From contig JAGTQB010000002.1 of NCBI GenBank assembly GCA_018396995.1, forward strand, positions 71,495-135,494: a stretch of DNA of 64,000 bases, given 5' to 3'. This document shows, in pieces, positions 27,928 through 37,187 of this stretch. Positions within the stretch are counted from its first letter, which is position 1; each line of letters begins with the position of its first letter. The DNA comes from Candidatus Bathyarchaeota archaeon (lineage in GTDB: Archaea > Thermoproteota > Bathyarchaeia > Bathyarchaeales > DTEX01). The translations under genes were made by a program, and so were the position numbers. Under the pieces are notes generated by a model, which was given only the letters and a program-made list of their open reading frames with translations, was not told the origin of the DNA and ran no database searches.

Positions 27928-28875
27928 GTGAGAGGCTTGGCAAAAAAGTATGAGCGCTTTGTTAAGCCACTGATTGTTAGGATGGGACCTGAGGGGCTTT
28001 ACCCAGAAATGCGTATATGGATGGAGTCGAGGGATCTTGAGGGGTTAAATGTAATATTCTCCTATGGATTCATAAGAAACCAAGGAGTACCCTGCCATCC
28101 AGTGAAAGGAGATCAGGCCGTTGTTCATCCATATGATGAAGTCCTAGCTTTTGTCGGTATTGACACAAGGGATATAACGAGACTCGGGGGAGAAATTTCG
28201 ATAGAGATCGGTGAAAAGCCTGAAGAATACACTTTTAATGAACCAACTGTTGTCGTTATTCCGAGGGGTACACCACATGGACCTATAGTCGCCAAAAAGT
28301 TAGAGATGCCAATTGCACACTATCTTGTGGGCTTAGCTCCTGAATACAAAGGGGCGCTGGTTCCCAAAAAAGAAAAGTCTACTGAGAAGAATTATGCGCA
28401 TTTAGTAAAGAAGTTTAAAACAACGCCCATTTTACAATATTCAGTTGGCCTTGTAGACGAAAGAGGTGTAATTAAAGCCACAAAGTATGTTGGTCCGGGA
28501 AACGCTGACGAGCTAATATGGATATATGGAGTTGATCTCGGGCTTCCGCTAAATATATCTTGGGGCTTCTATAGCCAATGCGGCATATGGCATAAGAGGC
28601 CTGGTGGAGGAGCGCATGTACACCCGGTTGACGAAGCATTAATCTTTGTAGGCTTGAACCCCTTTGACCTATACTATTTGGGTGCACAGGTAGAATTTGA
28701 CCTTGGTGAAGAAGCTGAGCGACATATAATAAATGTTCCGACAGCAGTTATAGCCCCGAAAGGTCTTGTTCATTGTCCAGAAATAACTTGGTGGGTTGAG
28801 AGACCTTACGGTTTCATTGTACTCTGTCTCCACGAAGAACATGAAACGCACTGGCTTCCGACACTACCCTTCTAA
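27928..28875 (+). CDS. bicupin protein, uncharacterised family (paralogue B)
   Basis: Collinear with A and C, divergently oriented to A with a 137-nt spacer. Confidence 0.6.
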   Translation: MRGLAKKYERFVKPLIVRMGPEGLYPEMRIWMESRDLEGLNVIFSYGFIRNQGVPCHPVKGDQAVVHPYDEVLAFVGIDTRDITRLGGEISIEIGEKPEEYTFNEPTVVVIPRGTPHGPIVAKKLEMPIAHYLVGLAPEYKGALVPKKEKSTEKNYAHLVKKFKTTPILQYSVGLVDERGVIKATKYVGPGNADELIWIYGVDLGLPLNISWGFYSQCGIWHKRPGGGAHVHPVDEALIFVGLNPFDLYYLGAQVEFDLGEEAERHIINVPTAVIAPKGLVHCPEITWWVERPYGFIVLCLHEEHETHWLPTLPF

Positions 28876-28942
28876 ACTCTCCAAAATTTCTGCTAATACC
28901 TGTATAATAATCCATCACGATTTTTATCTCTAAAATCAAAAA

Positions 28943-29869
28943 TTATTGCGTGAATAACCATCTCGCCTCATATTTTAATCCTAAGTAGAGATGGAAGTGC
29001 GCATAGGGTGTTTCCACCCATCGTGTTATAACTGGGCAGTGAACGAAGTTCTTTGGAGCCACTACAGCTGTCGGCCTATTGATGACGTGTCTTTCATCCT
29101 CTTCCCCCAATCCTATTTCTATCTCCGCTCCTAAGTAGTTGATATCGTTTGGATTAAGGCCTAAGAAGAAGAGCACTTCATCAACTGGATGTATGTGTGC
29201 TCCTCCACCCTGTGTGCCATGCCAAATGCCTGGACTGCTATAGAATCCCCATGAAATGTTCAGTTCTATTCCCTCAAGATCTTTTCCACTAAACCATGCT
29301 ATTTGATCTGCATTGCCAGGATTTCTTGCCCTCACACCTGGGGGCATGGTTCTCGCAAGTTTCTTACTGAGCAGGAGCCAAGCTCCTCTAAACCTCTTTA
29401 TCAAATGAGAGTAATTCATCCCTCTGGACTTACCCTCCCTCGGGGTAGAAACAGCTTTATACTCCGGCCACAGTCCAACTAAGTAGTGTACTATAGGTTC
29501 CTCTAACGCTCTTACTGTGATGGGTCCATGTGGCGTGCCTCTCGGAATAACTACAGCTGAGGGTTCATTAATTACATGTTCCTCAAACTCTCTTCCCAGA
29601 GTTATAGTGATCTCGGCATTTAAGTCTAGTATGTCTTTGGATGCATTGCATGGAGCGAAGACTAATACTTCATCATAGGGGTGCATGAGGGCTTTATCCG
29701 TATTAATTGGATGAAATGATTCTCCAACATTCTTTAGAAACCCATATGAGAAGTGGACGCCAAGCCCCTCTAGATCCCTATAATCCGCCCATATCCGCGG
29801 CTCGGGGTAAAGTCCCTGAGGCCCCTCCCTTAAATTTAAGAGCTTAAGTAGATGACCATGTTTCTTCAT
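28943..29869 (-). CDS. bicupin protein, uncharacterised family (paralogue C)
   Basis: Collinear with A and B (HIHPVDEVLFFLGLNP..., PRGTPHGP). Confidence 0.6.
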   Translation of the reverse strand: MKKHGHLLKLLNLREGPQGLYPEPRIWADYRDLEGLGVHFSYGFLKNVGESFHPINTDKALMHPYDEVLVFAPCNASKDILDLNAEITITLGREFEEHVINEPSAVVIPRGTPHGPITVRALEEPIVHYLVGLWPEYKAVSTPREGKSRGMNYSHLIKRFRGAWLLLSKKLARTMPPGVRARNPGNADQIAWFSGKDLEGIELNISWGFYSSPGIWHGTQGGGAHIHPVDEVLFFLGLNPNDINYLGAEIEIGLGEEDERHVINRPTAVVAPKNFVHCPVITRWVETPYAHFHLYLGLKYEARWLFTQ

Positions 29870-29930
29870 AATAAACCCCTAAACTAGTTAACTAAAAATC
29901 TATTTATGGCTTGCTAAATCTGGAAAATTT

Positions 29931-30377
29931 TTAGGGAGTGAAGAGTATTTTCTCCCAAGTTACGCTCACAGAAGCTTCAAGTCTATTTACTGAAGCATTG
30001 AGCTCTTCTAAGGCTCTCCTAAAGTTATATATGCATGTTCCAACATCGCCCTTATCACACATTATTACCGCAATTACATCGTGCTGCCCGTAAGTTCTCC
30101 ATAATAATTTAACTTGGTGTTGAACTTTCAAGAAGGAAATAACTTTATCAATATCCTTTGGGCTTAAATTCATACCTATAATTACGGCTGAAAATCCAAT
30201 TTTACTAAAATCTGGAATAGCCATAATTATCTTCCTTATAACACCATCTTTTTCAAGTCTAGCCACCCTCCGATAAACTGTATTCCGGCTAGTTCCACAA
30301 AGTCTCGCTAGATCTTCATAAGAATATAGCCCCTCACACATATATCTCAGTATTTTCATGTCAAGTTGATCTATCAT
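29931..30377 (-). CDS. Lrp/AsnC-family transcriptional regulator
   Basis: The HTH (LDMKILRYM...YEDLARLCGTSRNTVYRRVARLEKDGVI) is followed by an RAM/ACT-like domain. Confidence 0.85.
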   Translation of the reverse strand: MIDQLDMKILRYMCEGLYSYEDLARLCGTSRNTVYRRVARLEKDGVIRKIIMAIPDFSKIGFSAVIIGMNLSPKDIDKVISFLKVQHQVKLLWRTYGQHDVIAVIMCDKGDVGTCIYNFRRALEELNASVNRLEASVSVTWEKILFTP

Positions 30378-30533
30378 TATATCTCTCCTCTTATAGTATA
30401 TTTTTTCAGCCTTTATATATACTTATTTTCAAAAGTATTTATCAAATAATGACAAATGTTCATAAGTAAATACTTAACATGAGATTTTCGTATCATCAGT
30501 TAATGATAACATAGCCTTCACTCTTAATCATTC

Positions 30534-30764
30534 TTGGGTGATGTGATAATGGCGCAAACGGTAGTTAGTAAAGAGGTGTTGTCAGAGGAGAAGATAATGG
30601 GTTTAAGGGAGCTTAGATGTACAAATGGCCGTCCTCATAGGGTTCGTGTAGTTAGGTATGGAGACGGTTCGATATGGGTCTTTTGCCCCTACTTTGGTTA
30701 CATGGGGCCAGAACTAAAATGTAAAGTTAGAAAGAACCGCTGTAGATACTTCAAGGCGACTTAA
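30534..30764 (+). CDS. hypothetical small Cys-containing protein
   Basis: 76-aa ORF with a TTG/GTG-type start and four Cys. No family recognised. Confidence 0.3.
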   Translation: MGDVIMAQTVVSKEVLSEEKIMGLRELRCTNGRPHRVRVVRYGDGSIWVFCPYFGYMGPELKCKVRKNRCRYFKAT

Positions 30765-30923
30765 AATTCGCCCTCAATTTTTTACTATTGTCGCTATTTT
30801 TCGGTAACGAAATCTCACTCTAGAAAAAGAGCTTATCGACCATTTGCTCCAATAGGTTATAAACGCTTAAGTGAAAGATGCTTAAGAAAGGTTCTATTAA
30901 AGAAGATTACTTTCTCCCAGGAG

Positions 30924-32639
30924 TTAAAGATGTTCAGCTGGTTCCCTTTTGAATTCAATTTTCCTCTTAAGAACCTTCCCGGACGGGCCTTTCGGCAACT
31001 CTTCTATGAATTCTATCTTCTTAGGTACCTTATATTTAGCCAGCTTTTCCTCACAATACTTCATTAGCTCTTCTTCCGTGATCCTGCCCTTATACTCGCT
31101 TCTCACTACAACATAAGCCTTAGGGACTTCGCCATGATATTCATCCGGTATACCTATAACCGCAGCTTCTAGAACAGCTGGATGTGAACACAATACATCT
31201 TCAACCTCCATGGGCCAAACCTGGAAACCACTAACTTTTATAACATCTTTAAGGCGGCCCACAAAATAGAACATTCCATCTTCATCCATGTATCCTAAAT
31301 CCCCTGTACATAACCACCCATTAGAGAATACCCTCGCCGTCTCCTCAGGTTTATTCCAGTAGCCCTTCATTATTTGAGGCCCCCTAGCCCTAAGCTCCCC
31401 AACAACACCTACCGGAACCTCTACATTCTTTTCAGGGTCAAAAACAGCAACATCTGTATCTATTTCTGGTATGCCAATCATTCCCGGCTTATACTCCTTT
31501 ATTTCCAGAGGCGTGAGCGTCAGGCCCGGACTGGCCTCTGTTAACCCCCACCCAATCACTATACTTGCTCCGATGAGGTCCCTAAACTTCAGCCATGTGC
31601 TCGTTGGAAGAGGAGCTGCAGCTGACTTCCATATGCGAACTGACCTAAGGTCATATTTTTTGATGTCTGGGTAGCTGATTAACGCGTTATAAACTGTAGG
31701 CACTCCTGGAAAAACTGTTACCTTATATTTCTGGATTGCCTCCAGAACTTTAATTATATTGAACCGTTCAAGGAGAATTATTGTTGCAGCTGCGGCTAAA
31801 TATGTGCCCATGCACCGATTTAAACCATAAATATGGAATAATGGGAGGAATAATAAGAGAACTTCTTCCCCCCTCTTGAGCTGATAAAAAAGTATTTCAT
31901 GTAGCTGATCTACCACGCAGTTAAAATGTGTAAGCATGCATCCCTTAGGCGTACCCGTTGTGCCACCCGTATAACATAAAAAGGCTAAGTCCTCTTTAGG
32001 GTTAATGGCTACGGGGGTTGGTGTTGGCTCATATTCCTGGAGAAGCTTTAGCAGCGGAATATATTTATCTCCATTGCTTTTAGGGGCGTTATTTACATCT
32101 TCTAGATACCGATAATCTTGCTCCGATGTAACGATTAAATGCTCTATTGAGGTCTTCCTAATAGTTTCGCTAGCAATTTGGAGAAGTCTCTCATGGGTGA
32201 TTAAAACTCTAGCCCCCGAATCATCAAGCTGGCGCTTCAACTCCATCTCTTTATAAGCCGTGCTGCATGGAACAACTACAGCGCCAGCTTCAAGAGCACC
32301 ATATGTAGTCACAATAAATTGGGGGCAATTAGGTAGATAAACAGCTACGCGGTCACCCTTCCTTACCCTTAGATCTTGAAGAGCTGACGCAAATCTTCTA
32401 ACATTCTCATAAAGCTTCTCATAGGTTAATGTGGTGTCCTCAAATATTATAGCCGCTCTCTTAGGATATTCTGTAGTTGACTTCTCTAGAACTTGGGGAA
32501 GAGTTATCTCCGGATATTCAAGCGTTTTTGGAACATTCTTAGGCCAAAGTCTAAACCAGGGTTTCTCACGATGTGGCACGCCAACCACACAAGAGTTTAA
32601 AGTGCTTGCAGTATAAAAAAGTAGTTTTAATATTTTCAT
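30924..32639 (-). CDS. AMP-dependent acyl-CoA synthetase/ligase
   Basis: The AMP-binding motif YTGGTTGTPKGCMLTH, plus GELRARGPQIMKGYW and GWLCTGDLGYMDEDG. The true start may be an internal GVPHREKPW... GTG. Confidence 0.9.
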   Translation of the reverse strand: MKILKLLFYTASTLNSCVVGVPHREKPWFRLWPKNVPKTLEYPEITLPQVLEKSTTEYPKRAAIIFEDTTLTYEKLYENVRRFASALQDLRVRKGDRVAVYLPNCPQFIVTTYGALEAGAVVVPCSTAYKEMELKRQLDDSGARVLITHERLLQIASETIRKTSIEHLIVTSEQDYRYLEDVNNAPKSNGDKYIPLLKLLQEYEPTPTPVAINPKEDLAFLCYTGGTTGTPKGCMLTHFNCVVDQLHEILFYQLKRGEEVLLLFLPLFHIYGLNRCMGTYLAAAATIILLERFNIIKVLEAIQKYKVTVFPGVPTVYNALISYPDIKKYDLRSVRIWKSAAAPLPTSTWLKFRDLIGASIVIGWGLTEASPGLTLTPLEIKEYKPGMIGIPEIDTDVAVFDPEKNVEVPVGVVGELRARGPQIMKGYWNKPEETARVFSNGWLCTGDLGYMDEDGMFYFVGRLKDVIKVSGFQVWPMEVEDVLCSHPAVLEAAVIGIPDEYHGEVPKAYVVVRSEYKGRITEEELMKYCEEKLAKYKVPKKIEFIEELPKGPSGKVLKRKIEFKREPAEHL

Positions 32640-32843
32640 TCTCAGCTAATCCATTACGCACCTAAATTAATGTCTTTTGAGTATCCCAGAACTATTTTTC
32701 CACATAAAGAGAAAATTGCATTTCTGAATGTAAAACCTAAAGTTAGAAGCACTGTACCCCTACTTGCTTTGATTAAACATGTTTTTAGTTGGGGTCTTAG
32801 ATCTACAATTTCAGAGATTTCAGTGACATATTGTGTTCTTGCA

Positions 32844-33239
32844 CTAAACTAATATGGCTTTCAGCCCTAGATCTCTCGCTATTTCTGCTTGCTTAGTATC
32901 GCTTGTTACTAGCTCTTGGCTTCTCTCTTTTGCTAGGGCTATGAATAGTGCGTCATATATTGTTATCCCGTGCTTTGCTGAGATCTCAAATGCACTGATC
33001 AAATACTTATCTTGGCTTATAATTGGTAAAGGTTTCTCTTCTACGAGATCCTTAAGAATTTGTATTGCAGTTTCATAGTTCATATCTCCCCTTAAAACTT
33101 TTTTACACAATGCATTCGCCACCTCTTTTATTGCTAGATCCACTGTTATTACACCCTCTAGGAGGACCTCTCTAACTTCCTCCCACCCATACTCACGCGT
33201 AAAATACTTTATCAAAGTTGAGGAGTCAATGACTCTCAC
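32844..33239 (-). CDS. vapC: PIN-domain toxin VapC
   Basis: MRVIDSS...YDALFIALA...LVTSD acidic PIN residues; overlaps the upstream antitoxin ORF. Confidence 0.85.
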   Translation of the reverse strand: MRVIDSSTLIKYFTREYGWEEVREVLLEGVITVDLAIKEVANALCKKVLRGDMNYETAIQILKDLVEEKPLPIISQDKYLISAFEISAKHGITIYDALFIALAKERSQELVTSDTKQAEIARDLGLKAILV

Positions 33240-33456
33240 GATCTTCCCTCACAGACTTCTCAGAGAAGCCCGCCTCACTCGGCTTTACATCCCTTAGAAT
33301 AGCATCCCATTTCTCAATCATTTTCTTAATCTTTACCTTCCACGCCAGTTCCTCCAAATACTTTCTGATCTCTTCACCTATATCCAGACCACTTTCCTCC
33401 AACAGCTTCTTAATCTCTTCTTTAACCCTGACGCTAATTACAGTGGTCGTAAACAT
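33226..33456 (-). CDS. vapB: VapB-type antitoxin
   Basis: 76 aa with ISVRVKEEIKKLLEES...IREDRESH, typical of the archaeal VapB family. 14-nt overlap with vapC. Confidence 0.7.
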   Translation of the reverse strand: MFTTTVISVRVKEEIKKLLEESGLDIGEEIRKYLEELAWKVKIKKMIEKWDAILRDVKPSEAGFSEKSVREDRESH

Positions 33457-33703
33457 TACCGCAATTATTATCGTCTACAAAATTTATAAACATATTTTTC
33501 TAACATAAACCAAAACAAGATAAGTTAGAATTAAATTTGTTTAAGGATTTTAAGATCTTTCAGTATTCATCTGGGAAAAATGGCTAAATTAAGAGAAATT
33601 ATAGTATATCTCCCAACGGAAACTTAATTAAGTCTTAAAACAAAGAAACAACAAAACTCTTTTATACTAAAGTGTCTGAGACTTTTGTGTAGAAGGGGTT
33701 TAT

Positions 33704-35905
33704 ATGAAGGTCAAAGGAAGAAGAACTTTTTTCAGAGAAATAATTTATGCCTTTGCAATCTTACTTTTAGTAACGCCTACTTCATTGAGCTTGCCTTTCA
33801 CCAAATCAATTAATGCATCTCCCACTATAGAGGACGACGTCAAGCAATTCCTTCCGAACCTAAATTATTCATGGTCTCTAGAGAAGGGAGATGAGGGATC
33901 CACGCGTTCCTCTCCCTCGCTAATCCCCTGTAGACCGCAGATAGCGTATGAAAGCGATATCCCCACGGCGCAAATCGTTTTGGCGGAGGATGGAGTGATC
34001 TTCTCATTTGACCCGGATGGAGGGGCCGGAGACGCATACGCTCTAAACGAAACTACGGGGAAAATACTTTGGCGCACAGACATTTTCGGCTCATTTGGCA
34101 AGCTTATTACGAAAAATGCCTTGGGAAAATATTATTATATTGGAACAAGAGGTTCTTTAGAAAAACCTTCTTTGCTCATAGCATTAGACAAGAGGACCGG
34201 GAAGATAATTTGGGTATCTGAAATAGATAAAGGAGACGTAACCGCGCTTATCGCATATAACAATAGGGTATATCTTGGTACAAGAAATGGGTTAGTTTTC
34301 TGCGTCGATGAGAATGGGAATATATTATGGAGGAGAACCTTAGAGAATAAGGTTATTTTGGACTTAGCTTATGGCAACGGTAGGCTTTACGTGAACCTTG
34401 AATATAGCAAAAGCCTTTATGCATTAAGCGCTGAAAACGGTGAGTCTATTTGGACATTTAATGGAGACGACTATTTGTCAGGAGTAGCATTCAAAAATAA
34501 CCTGGTTTTAGTCCAAGAATATAATAGGAGGTTAATTGGGCTCTCGCCAGACGGCACAGTGGTATGGAGAAAAGAAATAGGAGTTCAAAGTTTCTCTGTA
34601 GGAGAAGACGCCATTTACGTAGTTGATAGTAGAAGGGTCTCTGTACTCGACTTCCAGGGGAGAGATATAGGTAAGTTCGATTTGCCTGAGGAAGAGCGTT
34701 TCCATGAGCCTTACGGGATTGCAGTAGCCGCTAAAAAGATCTTGGCTCTCCCAGTATACGGTAAGAGGTACGGTCGCCTTTACCTATTATGGAGGGGTAT
34801 AACTCCCATCTTTAATCTAACTTATTTCGGGGAGGGGGCTATTTCTCCAAAGGTAAGTATAGCCTATGGTAGGATTTATGCCGTATTTTATACATCTGAT
34901 AGAATATTGCTCTATAAACTTCATGACGCCGAAAAGCCGGTTATTGTCTCGGCAGGGGCGGCGAGCGAAGTATGTGAGGGAGAGGATCTTATTGTGAGGG
35001 CAAACATCTATGATAATAGAAGTGGAATATACAGGGCCTTGTTAGCTTATAGTGTTGACGGCGGCAAATGGAATTACGTAGACATGGAGTTGGAGAGAAG
35101 ATATATAATTGAACCAATATGTGGCTATGGGTTCAATGAGGAACCATACTTAGGTAAAATACCCGCTCAGCGCGCTGGCTCAAGAATAAATTGGAGGATC
35201 ATTGCGATAGATAATGTTGGCAATTATATTGTATCTCAGGAATATGTCTGCCGAGTTATTGAGAAGAGAGATGTCACCCCTCCAGTAACCAGAGCTTTAT
35301 ATGAGGACATATGGCATAACGCGGACTTCACCATAACCTTGAAGGCTAACGATGACATGAGTGGGGTCGCGGAAACCTACTATAGAATAAATAATGGTCC
35401 GGTGAAGAAAGTTAGTGTTGATGGTCATCCACTCATAACGGTGGAGGGCGCTAATAACACTTTAGAATACTGGAGCATTGATAAGGCTGGGAATGAAGAA
35501 ACTCACAAATTTATAACCGGCATAAAGCTGGATAAGAGTAAACCTATCGCAAATGCTGGACAGAACCAAAAAGTAAACGTTGGTGACACAGTAATCCTTG
35601 ATGCAAGTGCATCAACGGATAATATAGGGATAATTAGCTACGAATGGGATTTCGGAGATGGGGAGAAAGGAACTGGCGTAAAAGTAGCACATATCTATAA
35701 TAAAGCCGGAACTTACACGGTGACCCTTGTAGTAAAAGATGGAGCTGGGAACATTGATACTCATAGCATAACAATTACTGTCGCAGAGATATTCCCGACA
35801 CCACTAATATTTGCAGCTATAATTCTGGCAGTAATCATCGTTACAATCATAATTCTGGTACTACTACGCCGCCAGCGATCTTGCCGTTATGGCCGAATCC
35901 AGTGA
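33704..35905 (+). CDS. surface-anchored PQQ-like beta-propeller / PKD-domain protein
   Basis: N-terminal signal/TM. Repeated G(K/N)I(L/I)W motifs. PKD domain (YEWDFGDGEKGTG...YTVTLVVKD). C-terminal TM followed by RRQR. Confidence 0.75.
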   Translation: MKVKGRRTFFREIIYAFAILLLVTPTSLSLPFTKSINASPTIEDDVKQFLPNLNYSWSLEKGDEGSTRSSPSLIPCRPQIAYESDIPTAQIVLAEDGVIFSFDPDGGAGDAYALNETTGKILWRTDIFGSFGKLITKNALGKYYYIGTRGSLEKPSLLIALDKRTGKIIWVSEIDKGDVTALIAYNNRVYLGTRNGLVFCVDENGNILWRRTLENKVILDLAYGNGRLYVNLEYSKSLYALSAENGESIWTFNGDDYLSGVAFKNNLVLVQEYNRRLIGLSPDGTVVWRKEIGVQSFSVGEDAIYVVDSRRVSVLDFQGRDIGKFDLPEEERFHEPYGIAVAAKKILALPVYGKRYGRLYLLWRGITPIFNLTYFGEGAISPKVSIAYGRIYAVFYTSDRILLYKLHDAEKPVIVSAGAASEVCEGEDLIVRANIYDNRSGIYRALLAYSVDGGKWNYVDMELERRYIIEPICGYGFNEEPYLGKIPAQRAGSRINWRIIAIDNVGNYIVSQEYVCRVIEKRDVTPPVTRALYEDIWHNADFTITLKANDDMSGVAETYYRINNGPVKKVSVDGHPLITVEGANNTLEYWSIDKAGNEETHKFITGIKLDKSKPIANAGQNQKVNVGDTVILDASASTDNIGIISYEWDFGDGEKGTGVKVAHIYNKAGTYTVTLVVKDGAGNIDTHSITITVAEIFPTPLIFAAIILAVIIVTIIILVLLRRQRSCRYGRIQ

Positions 35906-36048
35906 TTATCCCCCTATACCGCTTAAGCTTCTCCTCATACCAAATAGTAATAGATCTCGCTCTTCACGCTAAACCCATTACTTCCAGACTTAAAAAGGGA
36001 GGGGAAGAGATTTAAACCCGGAGATCTGGTGCGGGAAGCGGGATTTAA
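35899..36048. repeat. diverged direct repeat S1; copy S2 at 36716..36849
   Basis: By-eye alignment, roughly three-quarters identical. It ends in the tRNA 3'-end fragment. Confidence 0.55.
36027..36048 (-). other. orphan tRNA 3'-end fragment (T-loop/T-stem, acceptor, ACCA)
   Basis: The minus strand reads TTAAATCCCGC-TTCCCGC-A-CCA with no matching 5' part upstream. The acceptor differs from the tRNA-Asp acceptor. Confidence 0.45.
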
Positions 36049-36242
36049 GCACATTTTTACTGGTAAAATTCTTATTTATGAGAAATGCTGTCTTTTTCTA
36101 GTTAAGCCGCTCATCTTATGGAACCTTATTTTGACCACTAAACCTCTTGCGGGGCTAGTGGTTTCCTGTAAGCAGCAAATAGCTTAACAAAACACTCTTA
36201 AATCATTTATAATAGAGATAATTATGAGGAGCCTGGCTTCAT

Positions 36243-36617
36243 TTGGGTTTCATTAAGGTTAAATTTGGTGTCTTTAATCCGCTTTCTCCCACAAAAATTA
36301 CTGAGGTAGAGGGTATAGTTGATACAGGAGCAATATACAGCGTTATACCTAGAAGGAGACTTGAGGAGCTGGGTGTTAAGCCAATTGAGAGGAGAAGGTT
36401 TAGGGCCTTCGGCGGATACGTTGAGAGGGATATAAGTGAGGTTGGAATGGAGATTATGGGAAGGAGGAGGACAGTAACCGTTATTATGGGGGAGGATGAA
36501 GATCAAATCATTTTAGGCATAACAGCCCTAGAATCCTTCGGTTTAGAAGTCGACCCAATAAAGGGAACGCTGAAAGAGGCGGAGCTCCCACTTCTCATAA
36601 TTCCATCCCTCTGCTAA
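36243..36617 (+). CDS. retropepsin-like (clan AA) aspartic protease
   Basis: VDTGA active-site motif and ILGITALESFGL flap-like region. 124 aa, TTG start. Confidence 0.75.
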   Translation: MGFIKVKFGVFNPLSPTKITEVEGIVDTGAIYSVIPRRRLEELGVKPIERRRFRAFGGYVERDISEVGMEIMGRRRTVTVIMGEDEDQIILGITALESFGLEVDPIKGTLKEAELPLLIIPSLC

Positions 36618-36715
36618 GCTCCCCCAGAGATGAATAGTGTACTAATAACTTTTCGTTAAGCCGGGCGAAAATTTCGGATTTCATGCCCAAAGGTGTATTG
36701 TGGATGCGAGGGAAG

Positions 36716-36849
36716 CCAGCGATGATCCGCCTATAACGCTCAAGCCTCTCATCATAATTTCATCCTTCACGCTAAACTCATTATTTCTAAATTTAAAAGG
36801 AGTGTAAGGGATTTGGAGCCGGAAGGCTGGCGCCCTGGCCGGGATTTGA
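36716..36849. repeat. diverged direct repeat S2 (downstream flank plus 3' end of tRNA-Asp)
   Basis: Aligns with S1 (35899..36048). Confidence 0.55.
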
Positions 36850-36905
36850 ACCCGGGTCAGGCGGGTGACAGCCGCCTATACTAGGCCGGACTATACTACC
36901 AGGGC
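36828..36905 (-). tRNA. tRNA-Asp(GUC), intron-less, CCA encoded
   Basis: Hand-folded: GCCCTGG-TA-GTAT..GTAT-A-GGCGG-CTGTCAC-CCGCC-TGAC-CCGGG-TTCAAAT-CCCGG-CCAGGGC-G-CCA. Confidence 0.9.
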
Positions 36906-37187
36906 TTCCACAACCAATTAATTAGTTTCATGTGACCAGTTTAAATACGTTTTCCTTTAAATATATTTTGACGTGAATAATGAAATTCCGGAGAAGTATT
37001 CATAGATGATTGAAAGTCTCTATTAGACAATTACGTGAATTTAGTTGGTGTCTATGTTTTAAGTCAATAATTGCCAAGGAGTATAAAGTTTTGTAATTCC
37101 TGAAGAAACTATGAAGGCTTGTGCTTATAGAAGAGTGTACACTCAGCGCTTCTGGATTAAAGTCTAACTAAAAAATGGGGAGGATAG

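Noticed and set aside
32670-32852. 60-aa plus-strand ORF between the acyl-CoA ligase and vapC
   Set aside because: It has no ribosome-binding or promoter context I can see, overlaps the vapC 3' end, and has no recognisable motif.
36027-36048. Considered the orphan tRNA 3' fragment as the 3' half of a trans-spliced (split) tRNA
   Set aside because: It covers only T-loop to CCA. There is no T-stem 5' strand, anticodon-side sequence or BHB-forming leader upstream. A decayed att-like remnant explains it better.
36222-36506. 94-aa minus-strand ORF opposite the retropepsin-like gene
   Set aside because: The plus-strand frame carries the DTGA aspartic-protease motif. The antisense frame has none.
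36716-36827. ATGATGA in the minus-strand flank downstream of tRNA-Asp suggested a C/D-box sRNA as the reason the flank is duplicated
   Set aside because: No D or D' box (CUGA) occurs at the expected spacing. The copy at 35899-36026 has a degenerate C box (GTATGAGGA).
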